Source: a virus. Taken from it: DNA of 64,000 nucleotides. This document shows, one piece after another, positions 20,144-28,932 of the stretch (within the stretch, counting starts at the first letter, position 1; every line of letters begins with the position of its first letter). Below the pieces are notes generated by a model. That model saw only the letters and a program-made list of their open reading frames with translations, did not search any database and was not told where the DNA came from. The stretch lies in the IMG/VR virus record IMGVR_UViG_3300045988_044066, one strand, 5' to 3'. Both the position numbers and the translations under genes were made by a program.

Positions 20144-20704
20144 TTACTTGCGACCTAGACCATTATAGAAATCAAGTATTGCATTCTCTTTACGAAGCCA
20201 AGTAGCCTGTTCTTTAGCCATATCAAGAATAGTACGACTAATAGATTCTTCTTCTACTTGCTCTTTAACTAACATACCTTCATCCTCATCCTCTCCATTC
20301 AACCATTGGAATGTAGCCCAATCACTCTCTTTTTGAGCTTGGTCTACAATCTTATTAATACCACGAGTAGTCTCAATCTCCCTATCTACTGTAGCAGCAA
20401 AGGGCATGACTCTATCAGTGATTTCAACATTAATGGCTGGAACGGGCGGATATTGGAATAGAGCATCGTTAGTGGTTAGATATTCAAATATCCAAGAATG
20501 ATGCAAATATTCTTCCCTGGCACGACCTCTCCAGTAAATACCTAGCTTTGGTAATCCCTCTACCTCAAAGTAGTTAGCAAAGGTCATATACAGAGCATGG
20601 TTAGCAAGTTCAGCAGACATTTGTTTTACCAACATCTCAACCATTACAGTTGATAGTGGGCAAACACGTCTAGACTTATCAATCACCTGCTCTGTATACT
20701 TCAT
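20144..20704 (-). CDS. Ferritin-like (FtnA-type) protein; start set at MKYTEQ
   Basis: AREEYLHHSW matches the ferritin E-x-x-H site. INKIVDQAQKESDWATFQWL...EQVEEE resembles E. coli FtnA [30 protein letters not shown]. Confidence 0.6.
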   Translation of the reverse strand: MKYTEQVIDKSRRVCPLSTVMVEMLVKQMSAELANHALYMTFANYFEVEGLPKLGIYWRGRAREEYLHHSWIFEYLTTNDALFQYPPVPAINVEITDRVMPFAATVDREIETTRGINKIVDQAQKESDWATFQWLNGEDEDEGMLVKEQVEEESISRTILDMAKEQATWLRKENAILDFYNGLGRK

Positions 20705-20711
20705 GGTAGGT

Positions 20712-21056
20712 TCAGCGCCTACGGTTTGAACTCCTTCGCTTGTTTTCTCCTGTATTGGATTTCCGTCTTTGTCTAGCATTCTCACGTTCTAACACTTTAA
20801 AATTGTTGTTCATTAAATAATCTAGGGGAGCTGCTAGCCAAGTAATATACTTAGCACATGTAATCTCATCGTCGACTTTAATAAACTGCGATTCTCTTAC
20901 CTTAATAGGCTTATCAGTAGTATAGAACTTAGAACCTACACATTCTACCCTATCCTTCCTAATGAGGTACAGTTGTACTTCATATAGAAAGGAAGGGTAC
21001 GCTGTTAGTTTAACGTCCCCAGAATGGTAGACAGTCGGGGGCGTAGGTTTTGCCAT
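20712..21056 (-). CDS. hypothetical protein (basic C-terminus)
   Basis: 114-aa ORF. Confidence 0.4.
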   Translation of the reverse strand: MAKPTPPTVYHSGDVKLTAYPSFLYEVQLYLIRKDRVECVGSKFYTTDKPIKVRESQFIKVDDEITCAKYITWLAAPLDYLMNNNFKVLERENARQRRKSNTGENKRRSSNRRR

Positions 21057-21468
21057 TCCAAGAATATTTAGTAACCTGGGACTTCTCTGTCTTATATTTA
21101 CTTAATAAGAAAGGGATGTCAGATTGAATACATTTATGGCTAAATGTGTTCTTTGGTATAGGTTTGTTGGTCTTTGGATTCATTTTACCAGTAGTAAAGT
21201 TACCACCCTTTACATACACGACCAGAGTTCCAGGAATAGGAATAGATTTAGCAGGAGCCGGCCATTGATAACTTGGAGCGGGGAATCGTCTATAGCGTTT
21301 CCACAACTTACGTTCTTTAGGAGTTTTACTCCACACACTTGGGTCACGTGGTGTTACAGACGGCTGTCTTAAATGCTCTGCCACCATGAAAGCATCATCG
21401 GTCAAATCCTTGATTCTTAGTCTTTTGAATCTCTCCTCTGGAGTCTCTTTGATAGTTTCCTTCTTCAT
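21010..21468 (-). CDS. hypothetical protein
   Basis: 152-aa ORF. Confidence 0.4.
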   Translation of the reverse strand: MKKETIKETPEERFKRLRIKDLTDDAFMVAEHLRQPSVTPRDPSVWSKTPKERKLWKRYRRFPAPSYQWPAPAKSIPIPGTLVVYVKGGNFTTGKMNPKTNKPIPKNTFSHKCIQSDIPFLLSKYKTEKSQVTKYSWNGKTYAPDCLPFWGR

Positions 21469-21498
21469 TACTGATAAGTTTAATGAGTTAAATATTAG

Positions 21499-21675
21499 TT
21501 ATTTACCACGTTTGGTATAAACTGCCCCACAGACATTACATTTGTAAAGCCTGTTGTCATAATCGAACAGCGTGTGAGTAGTATCCCTACCACACCTTGC
21601 ACAATTCATTAACTTAACAGATTCATACACCTTCTTCGGCTTATGAGGTGCCGTACCTTTCTTACGTGAAGCCAT
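21499..21675 (-). CDS. small zinc-ribbon protein (58 aa, CxxC...CxxC); below the ORF-track size cutoff
   Basis: Hand translation: MASRKKGTAPHKPKKVYESVKLMNCARCGRDTTHTLFDYDNRLYKCNVCGAVYTKRGK. Abuts the upstream gene. Confidence 0.35.
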   Translation of the reverse strand: MASRKKGTAPHKPKKVYESVKLMNCARCGRDTTHTLFDYDNRLYKCNVCGAVYTKRGK

Positions 21676-21678
21676 AGC

Positions 21679-21951
21679 TTAAATTCCTTTAGTTAACTCT
21701 TCTAATCTAGTTACTTCTTGTTTGTAATCTTGAATATATTCTTTCAGAGACATGGCATCTGGGTGTTTACACTCTATTCTGTAATCTGCTATTCTTTGAA
21801 GACATGCAGATATGGGAAGTCCATAACCAATTACTTTAAACTCCTGACGTTCTCCGTCCTTGGATTTAATAGTTTTTAGTACAGATAAGTCCCAGAAGTG
21901 TAAATTGTCACCTACAGATTCCATTCTAAAGTCAGCTTCTTCAATAATCAT
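21679..21951 (-). CDS. hypothetical protein
   Basis: 90-aa ORF. Confidence 0.4.
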   Translation of the reverse strand: MIIEEADFRMESVGDNLHFWDLSVLKTIKSKDGERQEFKVIGYGLPISACLQRIADYRIECKHPDAMSLKEYIQDYKQEVTRLEELTKGI

Positions 21952-21980
21952 ACTTGATTATCCGTAAAGTTAGTATTAGT

Positions 21981-22193
21981 TTAATCTGATTGTTCTTCTA
22001 ATACCTTACCTATTAGCCATAAGTATAAGAATGGTGATATGACTGGACATGTCATCCACCAACCTACATCCTCCTCTACGACTTCCCAGAAGTATTCTTC
22101 ATCCAAGTCGTAGTATGCAAGCATGTAGTTCAGTACAATGTTTAGTAAGTAAGACACACCATACAGTGCGAGCACTATTAATATTACAATCAC
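21981..22193 (-). CDS. small membrane protein
   Basis: Hydrophobic N-terminus MIVILIVLALYGVSYLLNIVL. Confidence 0.35.
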   Translation of the reverse strand: MIVILIVLALYGVSYLLNIVLNYMLAYYDLDEEYFWEVVEEDVGWWMTCPVISPFLYLWLIGKVLEEQSD

Positions 22194-22666
22194 AATTTCT
22201 CTTTCTCTACTCTAAATTGACAACATAGTTTCTGCAACTCGAGTATGACGGGTTCTAAGGTACTAACACCCTTAACCAACACTGCTCGTTGGTCTACCGT
22301 CCTTCTGGCTAAATGGGATTGGACGCTGGAAACAGCATCTTCATATCTCTTCTTAATAAGGTCTCTGTTCTCGAAATACTTGGGAATCTTACCATGTAGA
22401 TATATTAAAGCATCTAGTGCCTTAATAAGTTCCTTATGGCTCATAGAAGTAGATATTCTGTCATAAATAAATACATATCTATCAACTCCGTCTGGAATGA
22501 TATTTATATATTTATCAGTTTCAGTTCCTTCTCTTCCTACATGGTCTGCTAACCTCACAGTAGCAGAGAATCCGTTCAATGTGTAGTACTCCGAATCTCC
22601 CTTATAATTAGTAGAAGTAAATCCCTTCCTCTTTAGCCACGCTTTTAGTTTGCTCAACCCTCTCAT
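22190..22666 (-). CDS. hypothetical protein
   Basis: 158-aa ORF. Confidence 0.45.
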   Translation of the reverse strand: MRGLSKLKAWLKRKGFTSTNYKGDSEYYTLNGFSATVRLADHVGREGTETDKYINIIPDGVDRYVFIYDRISTSMSHKELIKALDALIYLHGKIPKYFENRDLIKKRYEDAVSSVQSHLARRTVDQRAVLVKGVSTLEPVILELQKLCCQFRVEKEKL

Positions 22667-22913
22667 CTTGTTTAATCTTCTTTTCCACCTTTCGAAATAT
22701 CAAGTCTTCGTCAAGTGGACATCTACACTCCATAGTACAGTCACTGGCTTTAAAGTAACAGCCAAAGCACGCGCAACCACTGTCAACGATTTCCACCGGA
22801 CTACCGTTTACAGTGATAAGGTCTCCTGCCTGTAAAATGGGTAGTAATTCATTGTCTTCATATTTAAACCTCTGCATATCTAAAGTTAAAAAAGAAGGGC
22901 CAAACCCAGACAA
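22608..22913 (-). CDS. hypothetical Cys-rich protein
   Basis: GCACFGCYFKASDCTMECRCP. Confidence 0.35.
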   Translation of the reverse strand: MSGFGPSFLTLDMQRFKYEDNELLPILQAGDLITVNGSPVEIVDSGCACFGCYFKASDCTMECRCPLDEDLIFRKVEKKIKQDERVEQTKSVAKEEGIYFY

Positions 22914-23185
22914 TCACTAGAGTAGACCTTACCTCATTAGAAGTAAAGAATAATCTAATAACTAATCTGAATTTGACCCTAAACGGCAGTACGAATATCG
23001 TTCTGCGCGATTAGCACTACATTAAATATAACGTAGCCTAAAGTCCGTTATCATAGATGATAACAATAATACCAAGGATTGGCATTAGGTGTGTTGCTAG
23101 GAGCAACGAAGAAGAGCCTACACCCCCCCCCTAGTGATATTTTGGCTGGAATGTCTATTCCATAACCTATCACCATACATAAGAA

Positions 23186-23554
23186 CTATTCAAAGTAGTC
23201 TGGGAACTTATCTTTTAATATTTCAGATATGTCCACGCCAGTCAGTTCAGCCATAGATAATTCTTCCAACATTGCGTCTTCAGAATCGTCCACACTACCG
23301 TCAGCGCTATCAATAAGATTGAGCAGTAATTGAGCTTTCTCATCAGTCAGCCCGTCTTGCGCCCATTTACTTACTACTTCTGCAAAGAATTCATCGAACT
23401 CATAAGAAGTTTGCTCGTCTTCATCAGCGATTGCATTCTTCTTGGCAAACAGTTCTTTGATGTCTTCATCTGTAATAGTTCCGGCTTTATCATAAGCCGC
23501 GTTCAATGACTCTATAAGAGAGTCTTGTTCATCGAATGTCATTGTTGTTAACAA
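23186..23554 (-). CDS. highly acidic small protein (possible DNA mimic or anti-restriction-like)
   Basis: 122 aa, strongly D/E-rich. Preceded by operator-like palindromes. Confidence 0.45.
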   Translation of the reverse strand: MLTTMTFDEQDSLIESLNAAYDKAGTITDEDIKELFAKKNAIADEDEQTSYEFDEFFAEVVSKWAQDGLTDEKAQLLLNLIDSADGSVDDSEDAMLEELSMAELTGVDISEILKDKFPDYFE

Positions 23555-23570
23555 TTAATGTTAAGAACAT

Positions 23571-23587
23571 GTGAATAGTCTATTCAC
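23571..23587. promoter_or_regulatory. Perfect 8-bp inverted repeat gtgaatag-t-ctattcac immediately upstream of the acidic-protein gene; a ttgttaacaa palindrome at 23544-23553 abuts the start codon
   Basis: Read directly from the sequence. Confidence 0.3.
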
Positions 23588-23707
23588 ACCAACCCTCAAG
23601 GGCTTAAGATAATGTATGGTAATCAAATCACCATTACAGCAGTGGGGACTGCTTAAACAGGCATTTCACTCTCAATTATGCCTGTGGTTATGTTAGAATA
23701 AAGAAAT

Positions 23708-24031
23708 TCACTTCTTCCAGGATATGAATAGATATTCTCCAACTAAGCCAGGATATCCTTCTTTATCAATAACCTTAACGAAGAATCGTTTATCTTCGTA
23801 GTATTTAAGGATTTCATCCTTGGCTTTAGCTACATCGTCATTCAAATCCATGACAAGACTAAAGTAATTGTTCTCGCTCTTAGCCTTAATAAGTTGGTCA
23901 GTAGTATCTAGAAACCTCTTAATTAGAGTTTCTTGTGTCACCACTTCATTGTAAGTGGCAACTGAATATGCCTCGTCCGCATTCATAGATTCACCTTCCA
24001 ACAATTTACCAAAATTAAAGATATTCTTCAT
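23708..24031 (-). CDS. hypothetical protein (start trimmed to the internal ATG so it does not overlap the tRNA)
   Basis: The ORF would otherwise overlap the tRNA-Arg 3' end. Confidence 0.4.
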   Translation of the reverse strand: MKNIFNFGKLLEGESMNADEAYSVATYNEVVTQETLIKRFLDTTDQLIKAKSENNYFSLVMDLNDDVAKAKDEILKYYEDKRFFVKVIDKEGYPGLVGEYLFISWKK

Positions 24032-24051
24032 AATAACTAATAATTGGTTTG

Positions 24052-24125
24052 TGGTCCAGACGAGATTCAAACTCGTGACCTTCCCTTTAGGAGAGGGACG
24101 CTCTATTCTACTGAGCTACTAGACC
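24052..24125 (-). tRNA. tRNA-Arg(CCT)
   Basis: Cloverleaf GGTCTAG/CTGGACC. Anticodon arm TCCCT-CTCCTAA-AGGGA. T-arm ACGAG-TTTGAAT-CTCGT. Confidence 0.7.
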
Positions 24126-24133
24126 CCTTTACG

Positions 24134-24499
24134 TTATACGTTAATACTCCCAGTATGTCTGCCTTTTATTTTAACAGAATTAGCATCGATGTCTCCTTGT
24201 ACATTACCACCAACCTCAATACTGTTAGCTTCTATAGAACCTCCCACATTGCCTTTAACTTTAACACTATTACCATGTACAGTAAATGCGTCTCCGTCAA
24301 TATCACATGTGTTGCAGTTAAGTTCTTTTACATTACCAGTAAAACTGATATGTACACTATCCTTATTCGTTTCAGATATTAATTTACCATTTACGTAAAT
24401 TTTACGCTTGATTTGTGAGATAGTGATATTGTCCTCTTCAATGTTATAGGACTCATTATCAATAAATAACTTATTCATGATTCTTTTTATCCAGTTCAT
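24134..24499 (-). CDS. bactofilin-like beta-helix repeat protein
   Basis: GNSVKVKGNVGGSIEANSIEVGGNVQGDIDANSVKIKG repeats. Confidence 0.45.
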   Translation of the reverse strand: MNWIKRIMNKLFIDNESYNIEEDNITISQIKRKIYVNGKLISETNKDSVHISFTGNVKELNCNTCDIDGDAFTVHGNSVKVKGNVGGSIEANSIEVGGNVQGDIDANSVKIKGRHTGSINV

Positions 24500-25098
24500 C
24501 TTCCTTCGTAATACTTAATCAGTTTATCAAATGCTTCAATCCTAGCATTGTGACCCTTCTCGTCATCGGGAGTCCACCAAAATGCCTTACCATACCTGTC
24601 TTTAGGTGCACCTAAGAACTCTCTATTGAACTCTGGAAACATAGCAACTACATCACGTTCATCGTAGATGTTGATTCCTCTTTCTGTGCCAGCCATAGCA
24701 TGTTCAATGCAGAAACACATTCCCCAGTATTCTGAATGGTCTTCAAACAGCTTCTTAGCTTTTAGTAAGATAGTGTGCTTATTGATTCTTTCTGTGTACC
24801 AATGGATGAGTTTATCGAAGGCTATAAGCCTGTGTTTCTTCTCATCTACGGGCCACCAAAAGACCAGCCTAGCTACTTCTTCTCGTTTGACATTACCTCC
24901 TAGAAACTCTGGGTTAAACTCCGGAATTAATGCCACTAATTCATTATAAGAGGGAGGTATTCCTTCTTTAAACACTCCGTTGAATGCTTGCTTCATATAG
25001 TGGCACATACCACCATTCTTATCACTACCTGGCTTTGTATCTTTATCGTACAAGTCTTTAGCAGTCTTTAATCTTTTAATAATTTCTAAGTTAGTCAT
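24496..25098 (-). CDS. hypothetical protein made of two tandem homologous ~95-aa domains
   Basis: First half: GMCHYM..LIPEFNPEFLGG..FWWPVDEKKHRLIAFDKLIHWY. Second half: GMCFCIEHA..MFPEFNREFLGA..FWWTPDDEKGHNARIEAFDKLIKYY. Confidence 0.5.
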   Translation of the reverse strand: MTNLEIIKRLKTAKDLYDKDTKPGSDKNGGMCHYMKQAFNGVFKEGIPPSYNELVALIPEFNPEFLGGNVKREEVARLVFWWPVDEKKHRLIAFDKLIHWYTERINKHTILLKAKKLFEDHSEYWGMCFCIEHAMAGTERGINIYDERDVVAMFPEFNREFLGAPKDRYGKAFWWTPDDEKGHNARIEAFDKLIKYYEGR

Positions 25099-25118
25099 CT
25101 CTTTCCTTATTAAGTTAG

Positions 25119-25190
25119 TAGTCCCAGGCAGAGTCGAACTGCCATTTCAGGTTCCGTAGACCAGCGTTCTATCCATTGAACTATGGGACC
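25119..25190 (-). tRNA. tRNA-Arg(ACG) (one U-U mismatch in the anticodon stem)
   Basis: Acceptor GGTCCCA/TGGGACT. Loop CTACGGA. T-arm GGCAG-TTCGACT-CTGCC. Confidence 0.6.
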
Positions 25191-25337
25191 ATACAGGAAG
25201 CAATTCCGATTTAACGGCCGCCCTTGCCAGTATCACGTACTGGGCTTTTCACGTGGACGGTCTGTCAGCATAACTCACAGTATTACTTACATGCTTCCTT
25301 TAAAGTTTAGCCTCTTCCAGCGCAAGAGCACTTATAG

Positions 25338-25604
25338 TCACTCTTCGCCATAGTACATCAAGTATAGCACCTGCTGACGCAAACCATATCTACGTGTAAC
25401 CACGTTAGCTTCCGCTCTCATGGAAAGCGCAGCATTGATACTCCTCTTGAGTTTATCGGCATCAAATAGTAAACCAGTCACTCCTACTAATCCATTAGGC
25501 TCATCAGCGCAGATGTAATCTACTGCTTCAAAGAGCTGGGCTTTAGTTTCAGAGCTGTTCACCTTCTGCCATTTCTTTATTTCCTTCTCGAAGTCCATAA
25601 TCAA
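25338..25604 (-). CDS. hypothetical protein
   Basis: 88-aa ORF. Confidence 0.35.
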   Translation of the reverse strand: MIMDFEKEIKKWQKVNSSETKAQLFEAVDYICADEPNGLVGVTGLLFDADKLKRSINAALSMRAEANVVTRRYGLRQQVLYLMYYGEE

Positions 25605-25975
25605 TTAAGTGCTTCAAGTTCTTTAGCTAATTCTTCCAGAGATTTGCCTTCGAGTTCAGCGTCTTGTTTCTTAGCCATAAGGTCAAGAATCTTCTGACGC
25701 TTAGCTTTCTTCTCACTTTCAAGTAGACGGTCTTCCTGTTCTTGCAACTTAACATCAATAATGTGTTTTGCAATATTGAATTTCAGTTCAAGTTCGGTAG
25801 TGTCCTTAGTCCGGGTTTTGATGAAGCTTTCAGTTTTAGACTCTTGCAATTTCTTGTTAAGAGCAATTGCAATATTGTCAAGTTGAATTAAGGGTAAATC
25901 CCACAAGTCTTCAACAGAAAGAACTCCACGTTGCGTGTTAAAACGCAATTTCATTCTAGATGCTTTCTCAAACAT
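25601..25975 (-). CDS. hypothetical coiled-coil protein
   Basis: 124-aa ORF. Confidence 0.4.
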   Translation of the reverse strand: MFEKASRMKLRFNTQRGVLSVEDLWDLPLIQLDNIAIALNKKLQESKTESFIKTRTKDTTELELKFNIAKHIIDVKLQEQEDRLLESEKKAKRQKILDLMAKKQDAELEGKSLEELAKELEALN

Positions 25976-25977
25976 AA

Positions 25978-26916
25978 TTATAGCATTAAATTGTTAATAC
26001 GTTTATATTCTTCAAACACTTTGTCCTCTGATTCTTCTCCCCACATACTGTGAATGAGAATACCATAAGCACAAGGCTGGTACACAATAGGGTCTACTGC
26101 CTTCTTAGTGATTGTAACCTCTGGATTGTTTAATTGACTAGGAGGGCAAGCTACAAATAGCTCATTTCTACCTATCTTAACAGCATCAAAGGAAACTATG
26201 TTAGGGTAGCTAAAAGCCTTTACATCAGCAGGAAGGCCGGGATTCTTGTTAATTATACTAGACAGCCTGAGTGTGCCTTCTGTATCAGGGCCAATAACTA
26301 TGTGATTGTGTGATTCTATGTATTTCTTCAGATTGTTCAACATAGTTTCACTGTCACTGTATCCGTAGTTAATACCTGTAACATAATAATACGCCCCATT
26401 AGCATACTCCAACCCTAAATCAGAGAACATTGGTCCTTCACCATTAAGTTTACGCTTAACTTCTAAGATTTCTCTAATATTACGGTCAGGAATCACTCCA
26501 GTGTACTGTTTTAGTAGACCTTTGACAAGTTTATACTTCTTACAAACATCATCAAATTGTTTAGAACCAACTAGAAGAGTACTCTCTCCGAATACCTCTC
26601 TTGCACGCTTTACGAAACTAAACAAGTTCTTAGCGCGCATGGCATCCAGAGCTATCTGATTATATTCCGATATTTTAGCTTGCAATAACCTAGCATTCTT
26701 TGAACTGCCCAGTCCAGCATCAACCAACGTGTTGTATTCTCTTACTAATGTATCTCTATTAGGAGTATCAACTGATGTCTTGGAAACAGAACGTAGATAT
26801 TCCTCCATACATAAAGCAAGAGCCATAGCTATGTTGGACTGAATAGTCGTCACCGGCACGTCAACCACTTCTGGAGTTATAACTTCAGAATCATTGCGTT
26901 TTAGAAATCTAAACAT
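25978..26916 (-). CDS. paralogous family protein A (unknown function)
   Basis: Shares AGLGxxKNA, (L/W)(F/L)IAAP and a C-terminal DPIV(F/Y)..G(I/V)xI(H/V)SMWGEE motif with 28933-29799 and 34427-35278. Confidence 0.5.
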   Translation of the reverse strand: MFRFLKRNDSEVITPEVVDVPVTTIQSNIAMALALCMEEYLRSVSKTSVDTPNRDTLVREYNTLVDAGLGSSKNARLLQAKISEYNQIALDAMRAKNLFSFVKRAREVFGESTLLVGSKQFDDVCKKYKLVKGLLKQYTGVIPDRNIREILEVKRKLNGEGPMFSDLGLEYANGAYYYVTGINYGYSDSETMLNNLKKYIESHNHIVIGPDTEGTLRLSSIINKNPGLPADVKAFSYPNIVSFDAVKIGRNELFVACPPSQLNNPEVTITKKAVDPIVYQPCAYGILIHSMWGEESEDKVFEEYKRINNLML

Positions 26917-28928
26917 CAGAAATTGACTTTTAAAGTTCTACTAAATGTTCCGTCCACTTTAACAATAACGGAATTACGCATAGTAGATGAGAACCCTAAT
27001 CCACTCAATTGATGTTCTTGGTAAGGAGTCTTCATCTTATCAGCTAGAACCTCAAATACCTTACGGTGAGGAGTTAGCTCACTGTTAAGATATTCGTTAA
27101 AGAATCCACGAACAGGCTCCGGATTCTTGCAATCATCCAACATAAAGAAGTAATGTTTATTGCCAATACCCTGCTCATCCCAATAATTGGGGGACAGCAT
27201 CATCACGTTCACCTTATGGAACTTGTTAGTATCAATATTCCATAGGCTTACTGACGAATGGCTAGTACTGGGTATTAGCTCTCTTATTTGGATGCCTTTA
27301 GATTTACTGTAAGTAATCTCGGCAACCATGACATTCTCTTTATGTTTAACGGGTTTGTCATAGACAAATTGTCGGACTTCTCCATTGTGTTCTATTTCCA
27401 ATGTAAATCCTGTATCAACAGATTCTCTACAATGAAAGTTATTAACATACACAACATACTTACCTTCAAGCATCTTGCGTTCGTTAACCCATATAATGTT
27501 CTCAACGGGTTTGCGAGTTTTGCCATATCCAGCATTTTCATCCACGTCTAGCTTACCACCACTTCTGCCGATTCTGTTGGAGTAATAAATTTCAAGATTA
27601 TTAGGTTCAACGACATGCAAATCCAAGTCATCATAGTTAGACCACGCTAATGAACATCTTAAGAATCCTTCAGTCTGACCACCAGCAGCTCTTACTTTCT
27701 CTTTAATAGAATCAGCTACTCCTCCATTATATGTCCAAGCAAAGTTGTTTGGCCATTTAAACAGATTCTTAGCATCCTTATTAACAGGAGCTGTAAGAGT
27801 TACTAAGTTATTAGACAGCCTACTCTCCATTAACACTTCTATGTTAGTGGCAGTGGGTACCACATTAGCAATGAAATCATCAATGCTAATTTCAGTTAAC
27901 TTGTCAAACTTCTTAGGATTAACTTTAGTGTCTGCGGCCAGTTCCTCGAATATGTTTCCGGCCATTACCTTCTTGGCATCACGGTTAGCGAATATAACAT
28001 TGTTGACTGTTATATCCTCTAAGGCAGCATGTCTACGAGGTAGAGAATCCATAAGACCTAGTTCCTGCACTTTCTTCTGTGCTTCCTCAATCATTCTTTT
28101 AGTAACAATTGACTTAGGTCTTTGATAGTTCTCTGGAGCCATGATACGTTCGTATGCAGTCACACAATCGTCCAATTCAAGTCCTGATGATATATTTACC
28201 AACAATGTACCAATTGCCGTATTACGAATGCGTGCACATCCTACACGATTGAAGTTTGCCCAACACCAGTTGTCTTTCTCTTCATCAGGTAATGAATCAT
28301 AGTATCTTTTATGACCCAGGAATACACTTAAGTCATTTTTAAACTGTTCTCCTCTATATAAAGCATTCTGACCTATTAAGTCCAGAACTGTTTCTATAGA
28401 ATCGATAGTTAATTCCTCCAGTGCACGTTTGAACACTTCCTTAGTTGTGCGTAAAGTCCCCATTACAGCAGATACGGATTCAGTTCCTGTATACACCAAT
28501 TGATTTGGCATATGATAGTAAAGATGATTCCAGGTAATTACTTTAGGACCTTGCAAACTGTCAATATAGGCATTGTTTCTATCAATTCCTAGTTCATAAT
28601 CACGAGTGATAAAAACATCTACAACTGGTTTTGATTTCACTAATGCATCGAGATTTCTAGCTACAGTAGCATAAGGTTCATCCAACTGTAGGTTCTCCCA
28701 CATGGTTACTACTTTATTGTCTTTAATGGCGACAACTCTACCATAATGTCTGATATAATGTTTACAATTGTTGCAATTATGAGACTGTCTCTCTTCCTCC
28801 GGAAAGGAATTAAGGTAACAATCCCATAATGCGTCCTTGTCTACATTAATCAGAAAGAGCATGTCTGCACCAGCAGCTAGTTGATTAAACTGCGCATGGA
28901 CTGCTCTTTTAAACTTGACAAATTCCAT
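26916..28928 (-). CDS. large hypothetical protein (670 aa; N-terminal CxxC...CxxC)
   Basis: Long ORF. No family recognised with confidence. Confidence 0.55.
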   Translation of the reverse strand: MEFVKFKRAVHAQFNQLAAGADMLFLINVDKDALWDCYLNSFPEEERQSHNCNNCKHYIRHYGRVVAIKDNKVVTMWENLQLDEPYATVARNLDALVKSKPVVDVFITRDYELGIDRNNAYIDSLQGPKVITWNHLYYHMPNQLVYTGTESVSAVMGTLRTTKEVFKRALEELTIDSIETVLDLIGQNALYRGEQFKNDLSVFLGHKRYYDSLPDEEKDNWCWANFNRVGCARIRNTAIGTLLVNISSGLELDDCVTAYERIMAPENYQRPKSIVTKRMIEEAQKKVQELGLMDSLPRRHAALEDITVNNVIFANRDAKKVMAGNIFEELAADTKVNPKKFDKLTEISIDDFIANVVPTATNIEVLMESRLSNNLVTLTAPVNKDAKNLFKWPNNFAWTYNGGVADSIKEKVRAAGGQTEGFLRCSLAWSNYDDLDLHVVEPNNLEIYYSNRIGRSGGKLDVDENAGYGKTRKPVENIIWVNERKMLEGKYVVYVNNFHCRESVDTGFTLEIEHNGEVRQFVYDKPVKHKENVMVAEITYSKSKGIQIRELIPSTSHSSVSLWNIDTNKFHKVNVMMLSPNYWDEQGIGNKHYFFMLDDCKNPEPVRGFFNEYLNSELTPHRKVFEVLADKMKTPYQEHQLSGLGFSSTMRNSVIVKVDGTFSRTLKVNF

Positions 28929-28932
28929 AATT

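Noticed and set aside
23708-24070. Full ORF extent overlapping tRNA-Arg(CCT)
   Set aside because: A 19-nt overlap with the tRNA 3' end is unlikely. An internal ATG at 24029-24031 avoids it.
25225-25250. Plus-strand hairpin gccagta-tcacg-tactggc followed by ttttc (terminator-like)
   Set aside because: It sits on the strand opposite to all local genes. It might be a bidirectional terminator or a promoter-region structure, but evidence is insufficient to call it.
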